DNA of 32,000 nt from Candidatus Annandia pinicola (GTDB taxonomy: Bacteria > Pseudomonadota > Gammaproteobacteria > Enterobacterales > Enterobacteriaceae_A). Positions 18,298-28,168 of the stretch are shown here, piece after piece (the stretch's first letter is position 1; every line of letters starts with the position of its first letter). Under the pieces are notes generated by a model that was given only the letters and a program-made list of their open reading frames with translations, was not told the origin of the DNA and made no database searches. Position numbers and translations under genes: made by a program. The stretch covers positions 120,001-152,000 of the forward strand of contig NZ_CP045876.1 in the NCBI RefSeq assembly GCF_020541245.1. The letters run 5' to 3'.

Positions 18298-19647
18298 TTA
18301 TTTTGAAATTATTGATTTTTGTAATTTAAATATATGATAAGTCATTATTATTGCAGAAGAAGTTAATCCTATTATAAATCCATACCAAAAACCTTTAGGT
18401 CCTAATGGAGGTATTATAATATTAGTAAATGATAATATATAACCTAAGGGTAATCCTAAAATCCAATAAGAAAAAAATGTTATTATAAATATTGTTTTAG
18501 TATCCTGATATCCTCTTAAAATACCATTATTGATTACTTGTATTGAATCTGAAAAATGATAAAATGATGAAATTAACATTAATTCTGATGCTAAATTTAT
18601 AACAATTAAATTACTATTATAAAGTGATGCTATTTTATATCTAAATATAATAGTTAATGGTATGATTAAAATTGTTGTTAATATTCCTATTATTTGAGCA
18701 GATATGGCTGATACTTTTGCTAATTTATTAGATTTTCTTCCTAAGTGAAAACCAATTCTGATAGTAACACTAGTACTTATAGATAATGGTAATACAAATA
18801 TTAAAGAACTAAAATTTAAAGCAATTTGATGACCAGTTACTTCTATTGATCCAATAGGAGATATAAATAAAGCAACTAAAGCAAATAAAGTTACTTCAAA
18901 AAATAATGATACAGCTATGGGCATTCCTTTTTTAATTAGTTTATAAATAATATTTATATTTGGAAAAAATATTATATTATTCTTAATATTATTTTTTTTA
19001 TAATGTATAAACATCCATATTTTTAAAAAAATAAACATTAACCAATATATAGATACTGTGGCTACTCCACAACCTATACCACCTAATTTTGGCATATAAA
19101 AATAACCATGAATAAAAATATAATTAATAGGTATATTAAATAAAAAACCTAAAAAACCTATTATCATATTAGGAGTTGTTTTAGATATGCCTTCAAATTG
19201 ATTTCTAATAACTTGAAAATATAAATAACCTGGTACTCCAAATACTAATATTTTTAAATATTGCATTGATCTATTTTCTAATATAGGATTAATATTATGC
19301 ATAAAATTTATAATATAATGAGAATTTAATATTATTAAAATCATAATAATAGAAATAATAGTAGCAAACCAATAAGCTTGTGATATATAATAATTAATAT
19401 TTTTAAAATTCTTAGATCCATATAATTTAGAAATTATAGGTGTAATAGGTAATAATAAACCATGTCCAAATAAAACAATTGGAACCCATATTGATGAACC
19501 AATAGCAATGGCTGCTGTATCAGATACATTAACATTACTAGACATAACTGTATTTGTTATACCTATTGCTGTTTGTGATAATTGTGCAAAAATAACAGGT
19601 ATAGCTAATTTTAATATTTTTTTTATTTCTTTTAAATAAATGTTCAT
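18298..19647 (-). CDS. mdtK: MATE-family multidrug/sodium efflux transporter
   Basis: The 449-aa polytopic ORF is colinear with E. coli MdtK/NorM (YdhE): LAIPVIFAQLSQTA, FFEVTLFALVALFISP, GHQIALNFSSLIFVLP, SDSIQVINNGILRGYQDT. Confidence 0.9.
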   Translation of the reverse strand: MNIYLKEIKKILKLAIPVIFAQLSQTAIGITNTVMSSNVNVSDTAAIAIGSSIWVPIVLFGHGLLLPITPIISKLYGSKNFKNINYYISQAYWFATIISIIMILIILNSHYIINFMHNINPILENRSMQYLKILVFGVPGYLYFQVIRNQFEGISKTTPNMIIGFLGFLFNIPINYIFIHGYFYMPKLGGIGCGVATVSIYWLMFIFLKIWMFIHYKKNNIKNNIIFFPNINIIYKLIKKGMPIAVSLFFEVTLFALVALFISPIGSIEVTGHQIALNFSSLIFVLPLSISTSVTIRIGFHLGRKSNKLAKVSAISAQIIGILTTILIIPLTIIFRYKIASLYNSNLIVINLASELMLISSFYHFSDSIQVINNGILRGYQDTKTIFIITFFSYWILGLPLGYILSFTNIIIPPLGPKGFWYGFIIGLTSSAIIMTYHIFKLQKSIISK

Positions 19648-19762
19648 TTAAAAAAAATCCTTATTTTTTTTTAAATATATTAATTAATAAATATTTTATA
19701 AATTATTTAAAAAAAATTATAATAATTTAATTATTTTTTTTTATTTTAATATAAGAGGTAAT

Positions 19763-20071
19763 ATGAAAACTATAGAAAAAATTAAAAATCAAATTTTATC
19801 TAATAATATAATAATATATATGAAAGGTACACCAAATGAACCAAAATGTGGATTTTCTTCAAGAGCTGTAAAAGCTATTTCATATTATACTAATAATTTT
19901 AGTTATATAAATATATTAGAAAATGATAAAATTAGATCTAAATTACCTCAATATTCAAACTGGCCAACTTTTCCTCAAATATTTATAAATGGTAAATTTA
20001 TAGGTGGTTGTGATATTATAATTAAAATGTTTAATAATGGAAAATTAAAAAAAATTATTAAAAGTAAATAA
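19763..20071 (+). CDS. grxD: monothiol glutaredoxin (Grx4 type)
   Basis: The 102-aa ORF has the CGFS active site (PKCGFSSRAV) and WPTFPQIFINGKFIGGCDI. AGAGG lies upstream of the ATG. Confidence 0.93.
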   Translation: MKTIEKIKNQILSNNIIIYMKGTPNEPKCGFSSRAVKAISYYTNNFSYINILENDKIRSKLPQYSNWPTFPQIFINGKFIGGCDIIIKMFNNGKLKKIIKSK

Positions 20072-20086
20072 TATTTTAAATATTAT

Positions 20087-20704
20087 TTATTTTTTTTTAA
20101 ATTTAAATTTATTTATTAATTTACAAAATAAAGATGATGTTAAAAAAGAATCATATAATGCAGAATGTGATTTTTTAATATTAAAATATAATCCTGTTTT
20201 AATACATACTTGAGATAAAATATTTTGACCTGTTACAAAACTACTTATTGTTGATGTATCAAAAGTAGTAAATGGGTGAAAAGGATTAATTATTAATCCT
20301 GATCTTTCTATAGATGCCATAATAAAACTATAATCAAAAATAACATTATGTGCAATTATAATACATCTACTACATAAATTTTTTTTCATTTTTTTTAAAA
20401 TTAAATTTAAAGATTTATTTAAAACATTATATTCACTTATAGCCCCCCTAAGGGGGCTATTAAAATTAATTTTATTATAATAAATAGATTTATTATTAAC
20501 TTTAGAATTTATAAATGGTTTTATATTAAAATGAATTATTTGATCTTTTTCTAACCAACCATAATTATTAATTTTAAAAGTTATTAAAGAAATTTCTAAT
20601 AAAGAATTATAATTAGAATTTAAACCAGATGTTTCTACATCTATAACAATAGGATAAAATTCTTTAAAACGATATGATAAATATTTATTATTTTTTATTT
20701 TCAA
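20087..20704 (-). CDS. rnt: ribonuclease T (DEDDh 3'-5' exoribonuclease)
   Basis: The 205-aa ORF has PIVIDVETSGLN (Exo I), AHNVIFDYSF (Exo II) and HSALYDS (Exo III). It is colinear with E. coli Rnt, and its position next to grxD matches the E. coli region. Confidence 0.92.
   Translation of the reverse strand: MKIKNNKYLSYRFKEFYPIVIDVETSGLNSNYNSLLEISLITFKINNYGWLEKDQIIHFNIKPFINSKVNNKSIYYNKINFNSPLRGAISEYNVLNKSLNLILKKMKKNLCSRCIIIAHNVIFDYSFIMASIERSGLIINPFHPFTTFDTSTISSFVTGQNILSQVCIKTGLYFNIKKSHSALYDSFLTSSLFCKLINKFKFKKK
20439..20460. other. isolated GC-rich perfect hairpin (9-bp stem ATAGCCCCC / GGGGGCTAT, loop CTAA) inside the rnt coding sequence
   Basis: Read directly from the sequence: a39-c47 pairs with g52-t60. 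It overlaps rnt codons AGC CCC CTT AGG GGG GCT ATA (SPLRGAI). By eye it is the only strong G/C stem outside the tRNA genes. Confidence 0.6.
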
Positions 20705-20824
20705 ATATACCTATTTTTTTTTATAATAAATAAATAAATTAATTTAAAAATTAATTTATTATTATAATTTTATTTTTTATTATTTAATTTATTTAAATTG
20801 TTAAATAATATATATAGGAATTTT

Positions 20825-22099
20825 ATGAATTACATAAATATTATTAAAATTCTTAAAATGCGTAGTTTATTATTTCAGATTACAAATGAAAATATCTTAA
20901 AAAAAATATTAAAAAATAATTATATTAATTTTTATTGTGGTTTTGATCCAACATCAGATAGTTTACATATTGGACATTTATTATTATTAATATCAATAAA
21001 AAGATTTCAAAATTTTGGACATATTCCTATAATATTGATAGGTGGAGCAACAGGTCTTATTGGTGATCCCAGTTTTAAAAAAAATGAAAGAAATTTAAAA
21101 AATAAAATAAAAATAAAAAAATATATTAAAAAAATTATATTTCAAATAAATAAAATTTTTATTAAAAAAAAAAAAAATAATATTATTATTTACAATAATT
21201 ATAAATGGTTTAATGATATAAAAATTATTGATTTTTTAAAAAATATTGGAAAATATTTCTTTATTAATCAAATGATTAATAAAGAAATAATTAAAAATAG
21301 AATTAAAAATACTAATAAAAGTATATCTTTTACAGAATTTTCATATATTCTATTACAAAGTTATGATTTTTTATATTTATATGAAAAATATAATGTAATA
21401 TTACAAATTGGTGGTTCAGATCAATGGGGAAATATTATCTCAGGTATTAATTTAATAAAAAAAAAAACAAAAAATAAAGTATTTGGATTAACATTACCTT
21501 TATTAATTCAATCTAATGGAATAAAATTTGGTAAAACTGAAAATAATACTGTTTGGTTAAATAGCAAAAAAACTAGTCCTTATAAATTTTATCAGTTTTG
21601 GATAAACACCAAAGATTCAGATGTTTATAATTTTTTAAAATTATTTACATTTATAAGTATATCAAAAATATATAAAATTAAAAAAAATGATTATATTAAA
21701 AAAAAACCTATTGCACAAAATATTTTAGCTGATCAATTAACTTATTTAATTCATGGTAAATTAGGTTTAATTTCCGCAAAACGAATTACAAAAAGTCTGT
21801 TTAATAATAAAATATCTGAAATTACCAAATTAGATTTTTATCAATTAAAACAAGATGGTATTCCTACTTTAAAAATAAAATTTAAAGATATTAATTATAT
21901 TCAAAAAATTTTATTGCTTTCTAATTTAGCTTCTTCTTATAATAAAGCAAAAAATATGATTATATCAAATGCTATTAAAATAAATGGTAAAACAGAATCT
22001 AATATTTATTTCAAATTTAAAAAAAAAAATATAATTTTTAAAAAATTTAGTATAATTTGCAGAGGTAAAAAAAATTATTGTTTAATTTATTGGATTTAA
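20825..22099 (+). CDS. tyrS: tyrosyl-tRNA synthetase
   Basis: It has HIGH (SLHIGHLL), [14 protein letters not shown] and the C-terminal S4-like domain ([11 protein letters not shown]). The ORF track starts at TTG 20798. The ATG at 20825 gives [15 protein letters not shown], which is in register with E. coli MASSNLIKQLQERGL, yields 424 aa as in E. coli, and has AGGA 5 nt upstream. Confidence 0.93.
   Translation: MNYINIIKILKMRSLLFQITNENILKKILKNNYINFYCGFDPTSDSLHIGHLLLLISIKRFQNFGHIPIILIGGATGLIGDPSFKKNERNLKNKIKIKKYIKKIIFQINKIFIKKKKNNIIIYNNYKWFNDIKIIDFLKNIGKYFFINQMINKEIIKNRIKNTNKSISFTEFSYILLQSYDFLYLYEKYNVILQIGGSDQWGNIISGINLIKKKTKNKVFGLTLPLLIQSNGIKFGKTENNTVWLNSKKTSPYKFYQFWINTKDSDVYNFLKLFTFISISKIYKIKKNDYIKKKPIAQNILADQLTYLIHGKLGLISAKRITKSLFNNKISEITKLDFYQLKQDGIPTLKIKFKDINYIQKILLLSNLASSYNKAKNMIISNAIKINGKTESNIYFKFKKKNIIFKKFSIICRGKKNYCLIYWI
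21163..21176 (+). repeat. A14 homopolymer inside tyrS (codes IKKKKNN)
   Basis: Counted directly: ttAAAAAAAAAAAAAAt. Confidence 0.95.
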
Positions 22100-22305
22100 T
22101 TTATTTTATACATATTAATACATTTAGTAGGACATTGTGACATACATAATGTACATCCTATACAATCTTTATTTATAATTGTATGTAAAAATCCTCTAGA
22201 TCCAACAATTGCTTTAGTAGGACAATTATTTGTACATTTATTACATCCTATGCAATTTTTTTCATCTATCCAAGCATATACACGTAAGTTATTTTTTTTA
22301 TTCAT
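22096..22305 (-). CDS. stand-alone 2x[4Fe-4S] ferredoxin-domain protein, apparently the C-terminal domain of RnfB/RsxB
   Basis: The 69-aa ORF has two complete CxxCxxCxxxCP motifs ([12 protein letters not shown] and [12 protein letters not shown]). [19 protein letters not shown]...HT......CIGCTLC....CPTKCI aligns with E. coli RsxB [15 protein letters not shown]..AIVG...HT......CTGCNLC....CPTHCI. Its convergent position relative to tyrS matches the E. coli rsx-to-tyrS orientation. No SD is visible. Confidence 0.7.
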   Translation of the reverse strand: MNKKNNLRVYAWIDEKNCIGCNKCTNNCPTKAIVGSRGFLHTIINKDCIGCTLCMSQCPTKCINMYKIN

Positions 22306-22463
22306 TTTTTTTATATTTTAAATTAATTATTTAAATAAAATAATTTTTAATTTTTCTTAATTTTTAATTTTAATAATAATAAATATAATTTGAACCATAT
22401 TTTATAATTATATAAAATAATTGATAAGATTTTATTAAGTTGGGCAAATTTATTTTTTTTTTT

Positions 22464-23519
22464 TTATTTTTTTATAATTTCAGGTAATTCATTATTTAAA
22501 ATAACAAATTTATTAATAATTATTTTATAAATATCATTTCTAAAAGGTGTTTTATACATAGTATTAATTAAAATTTTTTCTAAAATAGATTTTAAACCTC
22601 TAGCTCCTAAATTAAGTTTCATAGCTTTTTTTGATATTTCGTAAACAGCCTCTGTTTTAAATTTTAATTTAATATTTTCAACTTCAAATAACATTTCATA
22701 TTGTTTAATTAAAGAATTTTTAGTGTTATGTAAAATACTAATAAAATCCATAACACTTAAACTATTTAAATTAGTAATTACAGGAAGTCTTCCTATAAAT
22801 TCAGGAATTAAACCAAATTCTATTAAATCTTCGGTTTGTATATTCTGTAATATATTACTATTTAAATAATCTTTATCGTACATTTTAGCATTAAAACCTA
22901 TATAATTTTTTCTTCTAATTCTTTTTTTTACTATTTCTTCTATATTATTAAAAGCACCTCCACAAATAAATAATATTTCATTTGTATTTACATATAAAAA
23001 TTCTTGTTGAGGATGTTTTCTACCACCTTTAGGTGGTATAGCAGATATAGTTCCTTCTATTAATTTTAATAAAGATTGCTGAACTCCTTCACCAGATACA
23101 TCACGAGTTATTGAAACATTATCTGCCTTTCTAGCAATTTTATCTATTTCATCTATATAAACTATTCCATGTTGTGCTTTTTCAATATCATAATTACATT
23201 CTTGTAATAATTTATGAATTATATTTTCTACATCTTCTCCAACATATCCAGCTTCAGTTAATGATGTTGCATCAGTAAGAACAAATGGAACATTTAAAAA
23301 TTTAGATAAAGTTTTAGCTAATAAAGTTTTACCACTACCTGTAGGACCTATTATTAGAATATTACTTTTTTCTAATTTTATATTACTTTTTTGATATATA
23401 AACAATCTTTTATAATGATTATAAACTGCTACTGCTAAAGTTTTTTTCGCCAAATTTTGACCAATTATATGTTTATCTAAATATTTTTTAATTTGATGAG
23501 GTTTAGGTATATATTTCAT
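22464..23519 (-). CDS. clpX: ClpX AAA+ unfoldase lacking the N-terminal zinc-binding domain
   Basis: The 351-aa ORF has Walker A GPTGSGKT, pore-1 EAGYVGEDV, the RKH loop [10 protein letters not shown], the IGF loop NYIGFNA, and sensor regions. GGAG lies 4 nt upstream of the ATG, and an in-frame TAA lies 4 codons upstream. The gene follows clpP by 34 nt. Confidence 0.93.
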   Translation of the reverse strand: MKYIPKPHQIKKYLDKHIIGQNLAKKTLAVAVYNHYKRLFIYQKSNIKLEKSNILIIGPTGSGKTLLAKTLSKFLNVPFVLTDATSLTEAGYVGEDVENIIHKLLQECNYDIEKAQHGIVYIDEIDKIARKADNVSITRDVSGEGVQQSLLKLIEGTISAIPPKGGRKHPQQEFLYVNTNEILFICGGAFNNIEEIVKKRIRRKNYIGFNAKMYDKDYLNSNILQNIQTEDLIEFGLIPEFIGRLPVITNLNSLSVMDFISILHNTKNSLIKQYEMLFEVENIKLKFKTEAVYEISKKAMKLNLGARGLKSILEKILINTMYKTPFRNDIYKIIINKFVILNNELPEIIKK

Positions 23520-23553
23520 ATTACTCCATTATTATTTTTTTTATTTAATATAT

Positions 23554-24156
23554 TTAAGATTTTCTTTTTTTTAATATTTTATCTATTATACCATATTTAA
23601 CAGCTTCCTCAGCTGAAAAAAAATGATCTCTTTCTGTATCTTTTTCAATTTTTTTTAAATCTTGACCAGTATGTTTTGCCATTAAATTGTTTAAATAATT
23701 TTTAATTTTAATAATTTCTTTTGTATGAATTTCAATATCAGAAGCTTGACCCGAATAATTACCTAATGGTTGATGAATCATAATACGAGAACTAGGTAAA
23801 CAAAATCTTTTATTTTTAGCTCCAGATGCTAACAAAAAAGCTCCCATAGAACAAGCTTGTCCTATACATATAGTATTAATTTCTGGTTTAATAAATTGCA
23901 TTGTATCATAAATACACATTCCTGATGTTATTACTCCTCCTGGGGAATTAATATATAAAAATATATCTTTTCTAGAATCTTCTGCCTCTAAAAATAACAT
24001 TTGTGCTACTATTGTATTAGCTATATCATCTAATATAGGACCTGATAAAAAAATAACCCTATCTTTTAATAAACGAGAATATATATCATATGAATTTTCA
24101 CCTTTAGAAGTTTTATCTACTACCATAGGTATTATATTTATACATTTATTATTCAC
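23554..24156 (-). CDS. clpP: ATP-dependent Clp protease proteolytic subunit
   Basis: The 200-aa ORF has the catalytic-Ser context [11 protein letters not shown], the His context IMIHQP and the Asp context TERD. It is colinear with E. coli ClpP. The start is GTG at 24156-24154, with AGGA 7 nt upstream. Confidence 0.94.
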   Translation of the reverse strand: MNNKCINIIPMVVDKTSKGENSYDIYSRLLKDRVIFLSGPILDDIANTIVAQMLFLEAEDSRKDIFLYINSPGGVITSGMCIYDTMQFIKPEINTICIGQACSMGAFLLASGAKNKRFCLPSSRIMIHQPLGNYSGQASDIEIHTKEIIKIKNYLNNLMAKHTGQDLKKIEKDTERDHFFSAEEAVKYGIIDKILKKRKS

Positions 24157-24352
24157 AATTATTTCCTTATTTTTTTTTGAATTAAAATATTTTTAAAAAA
24201 AATATTATAATAATTTTTTATAATAATTTATTATTTTGTTTTTTTTTAAATAATTTTTTTTAATGCTAATTAAACCATATATTATATATTATTAATTTAT
24301 TTTTTTTAATAATATTAATTATATTAATTATAATTATATTAAAAGGTAATTA

Positions 24353-25225
24353 ATGAAAATATTAAAATTTAAAAACTGCATATTATTATTAGTAATTATT
24401 TTTTTAATAAATTTTAATACAAAATGTTATACATTAAATCCTACAGGTCAAATAGCAATAGAACAATCAAAATTAATTATGATTTCTTTTTCAATTATGT
24501 TAATTATAGTTATTCCAGTAATATTAATGTCAATAATATTTGCTTATAAATATAATGAAAAAAATTATAATAAAAATAATTATGAACCTAATTGGAACCA
24601 TTCAAATTATATCGAAAGTATAACTTGGTTTATACCAATAATTATTGTTATATTTTTAAGCATAATTTTATGGAATTCTACACATAAATTAGATCCTAGT
24701 ATATCTATTAATTCAAAAAAAAAAACTATGGATATTGAAGTAATAGCTTTAGATTGGAAATGGATATTTTTATATCCAAAACAAAATATAGCTACTATTA
24801 ATGAAATTGCTATACCAACAAATGTACCTATTCATTTTATAATTACCTCCAATTCTGTTATGAATTCTTTTTTTATACCAAAACTAGGAAGCCAAGTATA
24901 TGCTATGGCTGGAATGAAAACTCAATTATATTTAATATCTAATAAATCAGGCATATATACAGGTATTTCTTCTAATTATAGTGGTTCTGGTTTTTCTAAT
25001 ATGAAATTTAAAGTTATTTCGTGTAAAAATATTTATTTTTTCAATAAATGGTTAAGAAAAGTTAAACATTCACCAAATTATTTAGATGCAGTAAATTTAA
25101 TGCAAGTATCCATACCTAGTGTAAAACATCAAGTAGAATATTTTAATGGATGTGAATCAGGATTATTTAATAACTTAATTAAATCATTTCATGAAGATAA
25201 AAAAATAATATTTGTTAGTGAATAA
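24353..25225 (+). CDS. cyoA: cytochrome bo3 ubiquinol oxidase subunit II
   Basis: The 290-aa ORF is colinear with E. coli CyoA (LNPTGQIAIEQ, EPNWNHSN, IEVIALDWKWIFLYP, TSNSVMNSFFIPKLGSQVYAMAGM, YSGSGFSNMKF). AAGG lies upstream of the ATG. It is the first gene of cyoABCDE. Confidence 0.94.
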   Translation: MKILKFKNCILLLVIIFLINFNTKCYTLNPTGQIAIEQSKLIMISFSIMLIIVIPVILMSIIFAYKYNEKNYNKNNYEPNWNHSNYIESITWFIPIIIVIFLSIILWNSTHKLDPSISINSKKKTMDIEVIALDWKWIFLYPKQNIATINEIAIPTNVPIHFIITSNSVMNSFFIPKLGSQVYAMAGMKTQLYLISNKSGIYTGISSNYSGSGFSNMKFKVISCKNIYFFNKWLRKVKHSPNYLDAVNLMQVSIPSVKHQVEYFNGCESGLFNNLIKSFHEDKKIIFVSE

Positions 25226-25273
25226 TTATTAATACATTTAAAAAAAAATAATAATAATTCTAAAGAGATAAAA

Positions 25274-27262
25274 ATGTTATTAGGAAGGCTTACATTAGAT
25301 GCTATTCCATTTAATGAACCTATCATAATGATAACTTGTTTTTTAATGTCTATTTTAATTTTTATAATATTTTTTACCATTACGTATCATGATAAATGGC
25401 AATACTTATGGTATAATTGGTTTACTTCAGTAGACCATAAAAAAATAGGAATAATGTATATTTTATTAGCACTAATTATGTTAATAAGAGGATTTATTGA
25501 TGCTATGATGATGCGTAGTCAACAAGCTTTATCTTCAGGAAAAAATCATATCAGTATTTTTCCACCTCATCATTATGATCAAATTTTTACTGCACATGGC
25601 GTTATTATGATATTTTTTGTTGCCATGCCTCTTATTATCGGATTTATGAATTTTATTATTCCATTACAAATAGGGGCTAGAGATGTATCTTTTCCTATTT
25701 TAAATAATTTAAGTTTTTGGTTAACTTTTTCAGGAGCAATGTTATTAAATTTCTCTTTAGCAATAGGTGAGTTTGCTCAAACCGGATGGTTGGCTTACCC
25801 CCCCTTATCAAATTTATTATATAATAATGGTGTTGGTGTAGATTATTGGATATGGAGTTTACAATTATCTGGAATAGGTACTACCTTAACTGGTATAAAT
25901 TTTTTTGTTACAATAATAAAAATGAGAGCATACAATATGAGTATGTTCAAAATGCCAGTTTTTATATGGACCTCTTTATGTTCAAATATTTTAATAATTG
26001 CATCATTTCCAGTTTTAACAACAACCTTAATAATGTTAACTTTAGATAGATATTTATATTTTCATTTTTTTACTAATGATATGGGTGGAAATATAATGAT
26101 GTATGTTAATCTTATATGGATATGGGGTCATCCTGAAGTTTATATTTTAATATTACCTATATTTGGTATATTTTCTGAAGTAGTAGCAACTTTTTCTAAA
26201 AAATATTTATTTGGTTATAATTCTTTAGTATGGGCTACAGTAGCTATAACTATTTTATCTTTTGTTGTATGGTTACATCATTTTTTTACTATGGGAGCAG
26301 GAGCTAATGTTAACTCTTTTTTTGGTATAATGACTATGATAATTGCAATTCCTACTGGTGTAAAGATTTTTAATTGGTTATTTACAATGTATAAAGGAAA
26401 AATAAAAATTAATTCTATTATATTATGGACTATAGGATTTTTAATAACATTTTCTATTGGTGGAATGGCAGGAGTACTATTAGCAAATCCTAGTGTTGAT
26501 TTTTTATTACATAATAGTTTATTTCTTGTTGCTCATTTTCATACTGTTATTATAGGAGGAGTAGTATTTGGTTGTTTTGCTGGATTTACTTACTGGTTTC
26601 CTAAGGCATTTGGATTTATATTAAACGATAATTTAGGAAAATGTGCTTTTTGGTTTTGGATTATAGGATTTTTTATAGCATTTATGCCACTTTACATACT
26701 TGGTCTTATGGGAATGACAAGACGTATTAGTCAAGATATTAATTATAAATTTCATATACCATTATTAATTGCAGCTGTTGGTACTTTTATTATAGCTATA
26801 GGTATTATATTCCAAATAATACAAATGTTTATATCTGTAAAAAGAAAAAAATATAATATTGATAATACTGGAGATCCATGGGATGGAAGAACTTTAGAGT
26901 GGTCCATATCTTCTCCACCTCCATGCTATAATTTTGCAATAATACCAATTATATATGAAAAAGATGATTTTTGGAGAATTAAAATAAAAAAAAGCATAAA
27001 AAAATACAGTCGTATTTTTTATAAAAGAATACATATGTATGACAACAGTAATTTAGGTTTTTTTTTATCATTTTTAGGATTTATATTTGGTTTTACTTTT
27101 ATATGGTGTATTTGGTTTTTATTTACATTTTCTTTATTTTTTATATTATTAGTTATTATTTTTGATAGTTTTTTTTATAATAAAGGACATTATGTTGAAA
27201 CTAATTATATAAAAAAAGAAGAATATAGAAATATTAGAATGAGATTGTTGTATGATAAATAA
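25274..27262 (+). CDS. cyoB: cytochrome bo3 ubiquinol oxidase subunit I
   Basis: The 662-aa ORF is very highly conserved relative to E. coli CyoB ([68 protein letters not shown]). Confidence 0.97.
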   Translation: MLLGRLTLDAIPFNEPIIMITCFLMSILIFIIFFTITYHDKWQYLWYNWFTSVDHKKIGIMYILLALIMLIRGFIDAMMMRSQQALSSGKNHISIFPPHHYDQIFTAHGVIMIFFVAMPLIIGFMNFIIPLQIGARDVSFPILNNLSFWLTFSGAMLLNFSLAIGEFAQTGWLAYPPLSNLLYNNGVGVDYWIWSLQLSGIGTTLTGINFFVTIIKMRAYNMSMFKMPVFIWTSLCSNILIIASFPVLTTTLIMLTLDRYLYFHFFTNDMGGNIMMYVNLIWIWGHPEVYILILPIFGIFSEVVATFSKKYLFGYNSLVWATVAITILSFVVWLHHFFTMGAGANVNSFFGIMTMIIAIPTGVKIFNWLFTMYKGKIKINSIILWTIGFLITFSIGGMAGVLLANPSVDFLLHNSLFLVAHFHTVIIGGVVFGCFAGFTYWFPKAFGFILNDNLGKCAFWFWIIGFFIAFMPLYILGLMGMTRRISQDINYKFHIPLLIAAVGTFIIAIGIIFQIIQMFISVKRKKYNIDNTGDPWDGRTLEWSISSPPPCYNFAIIPIIYEKDDFWRIKIKKSIKKYSRIFYKRIHMYDNSNLGFFLSFLGFIFGFTFIWCIWFLFTFSLFFILLVIIFDSFFYNKGHYVETNYIKKEEYRNIRMRLLYDK

Positions 27263-27845
27263 AATATTAAAATTAAAAACAGACAAAATAAAATTAGATA
27301 AAAATAAAAATTTAGGTTTTTGGATTTATTTAATGAGTGATTGTATAATTTTTTCTATTTTATTTGCAACCTATTCAGTTATATTAAATAATACTTCTAT
27401 TAATTTTATTAAAAATATTTTTAATATTTATTTAGTATTTATTGAAACCTTAATACTTTTATTAAGTTCTTTTAGTTACAGTATGATTAATATTTATATT
27501 AAAAAATCAAATATATTATTTATAATTATTTATCTTTTTATTACTTTTTTTTTAGGTTCTATTTTTCTAAATTTAGAATTATATGAACTCTATAAATTAA
27601 TCATTAAAGGTTTTTCTCCACAAAGAAATGGATTTATGTCAGTTTTATTTACTTTATTAGTAATACATGGTTTACATATATTTATTGGTTTAATATTTAT
27701 ATTAAATACTAGTTTCAATTTAATACTTAATGGTATTAATAAAATAAATTATAATAGATTAATTTGTCTAGGTTTATTTTGGCATTTTATTGATATTATT
27801 TGGATATTTATTTTTACAATAACATATATTCAAAACTCACTATAA
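27252..27845 (+). CDS. cyoC: cytochrome bo3 ubiquinol oxidase subunit III
   Basis: The 197-aa ORF has [20 protein letters not shown] and [15 protein letters not shown], matching E. coli CyoC. Its start overlaps the cyoB 3' end by 11 nt. Confidence 0.93.
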   Translation: MINKILKLKTDKIKLDKNKNLGFWIYLMSDCIIFSILFATYSVILNNTSINFIKNIFNIYLVFIETLILLLSSFSYSMINIYIKKSNILFIIIYLFITFFLGSIFLNLELYELYKLIIKGFSPQRNGFMSVLFTLLVIHGLHIFIGLIFILNTSFNLILNGINKINYNRLICLGLFWHFIDIIWIFIFTITYIQNSL

Positions 27846-27877
27846 TTAATTATTAAAAAATAATAAGAAAAAATAAA

Positions 27878-28168
27878 ATGAATAATAAGTTAAAAGATTA
27901 TATTATTGGTTTATCATTTTCTATTTTATTAAATTTTTTTTCATTAATTGTTTTAAATTTATTATATGTTATTAAAATATATAAAATAATATTTATTTAT
28001 ATTTGTTTATTAACACAAACGTTTATACATTTTTTTTACTTTTTACATTTAAAATTAAAAATTAAAAATAATTGGAATTTAATTTCTTTAATATTTATGA
28101 TAATAATAATAACCATTATTTTAACTGGATCAAATTATATAATGTTAAATTTAAACCATAAAATATAA
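27878..28168 (+). CDS. cyoD: cytochrome bo3 ubiquinol oxidase subunit IV
   Basis: The 96-aa ORF has three predicted TM segments and resembles E. coli CyoD (..Y..G...S..L, FLH.., WN....F). Its operon position between cyoC and cyoE supports the call. Confidence 0.85.
   Translation: MNNKLKDYIIGLSFSILLNFFSLIVLNLLYVIKIYKIIFIYICLLTQTFIHFFYFLHLKLKIKNNWNLISLIFMIIIITIILTGSNYIMLNLNHKI

Noticed and set aside
23020-23040. Palindrome TACCACCT-TT-AGGTGGTA inside clpX
   Set aside because: It follows directly from encoding the conserved PPKGG peptide (CCA CCT AAA GGT GGT), because Pro and Gly codons are complementary. The loop is too short for a stable hairpin.
25189-25380. 63-aa minus-strand ORF across the cyoA/cyoB junction
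   Set aside because: It is antisense to two highly conserved genes and shows no motif or SD.
25846-26049. 67-aa plus-strand ORF in an alternative frame inside cyoB
   Set aside because: It is nested out of frame in the most conserved gene of the window, so it is best explained as a chance ORF.
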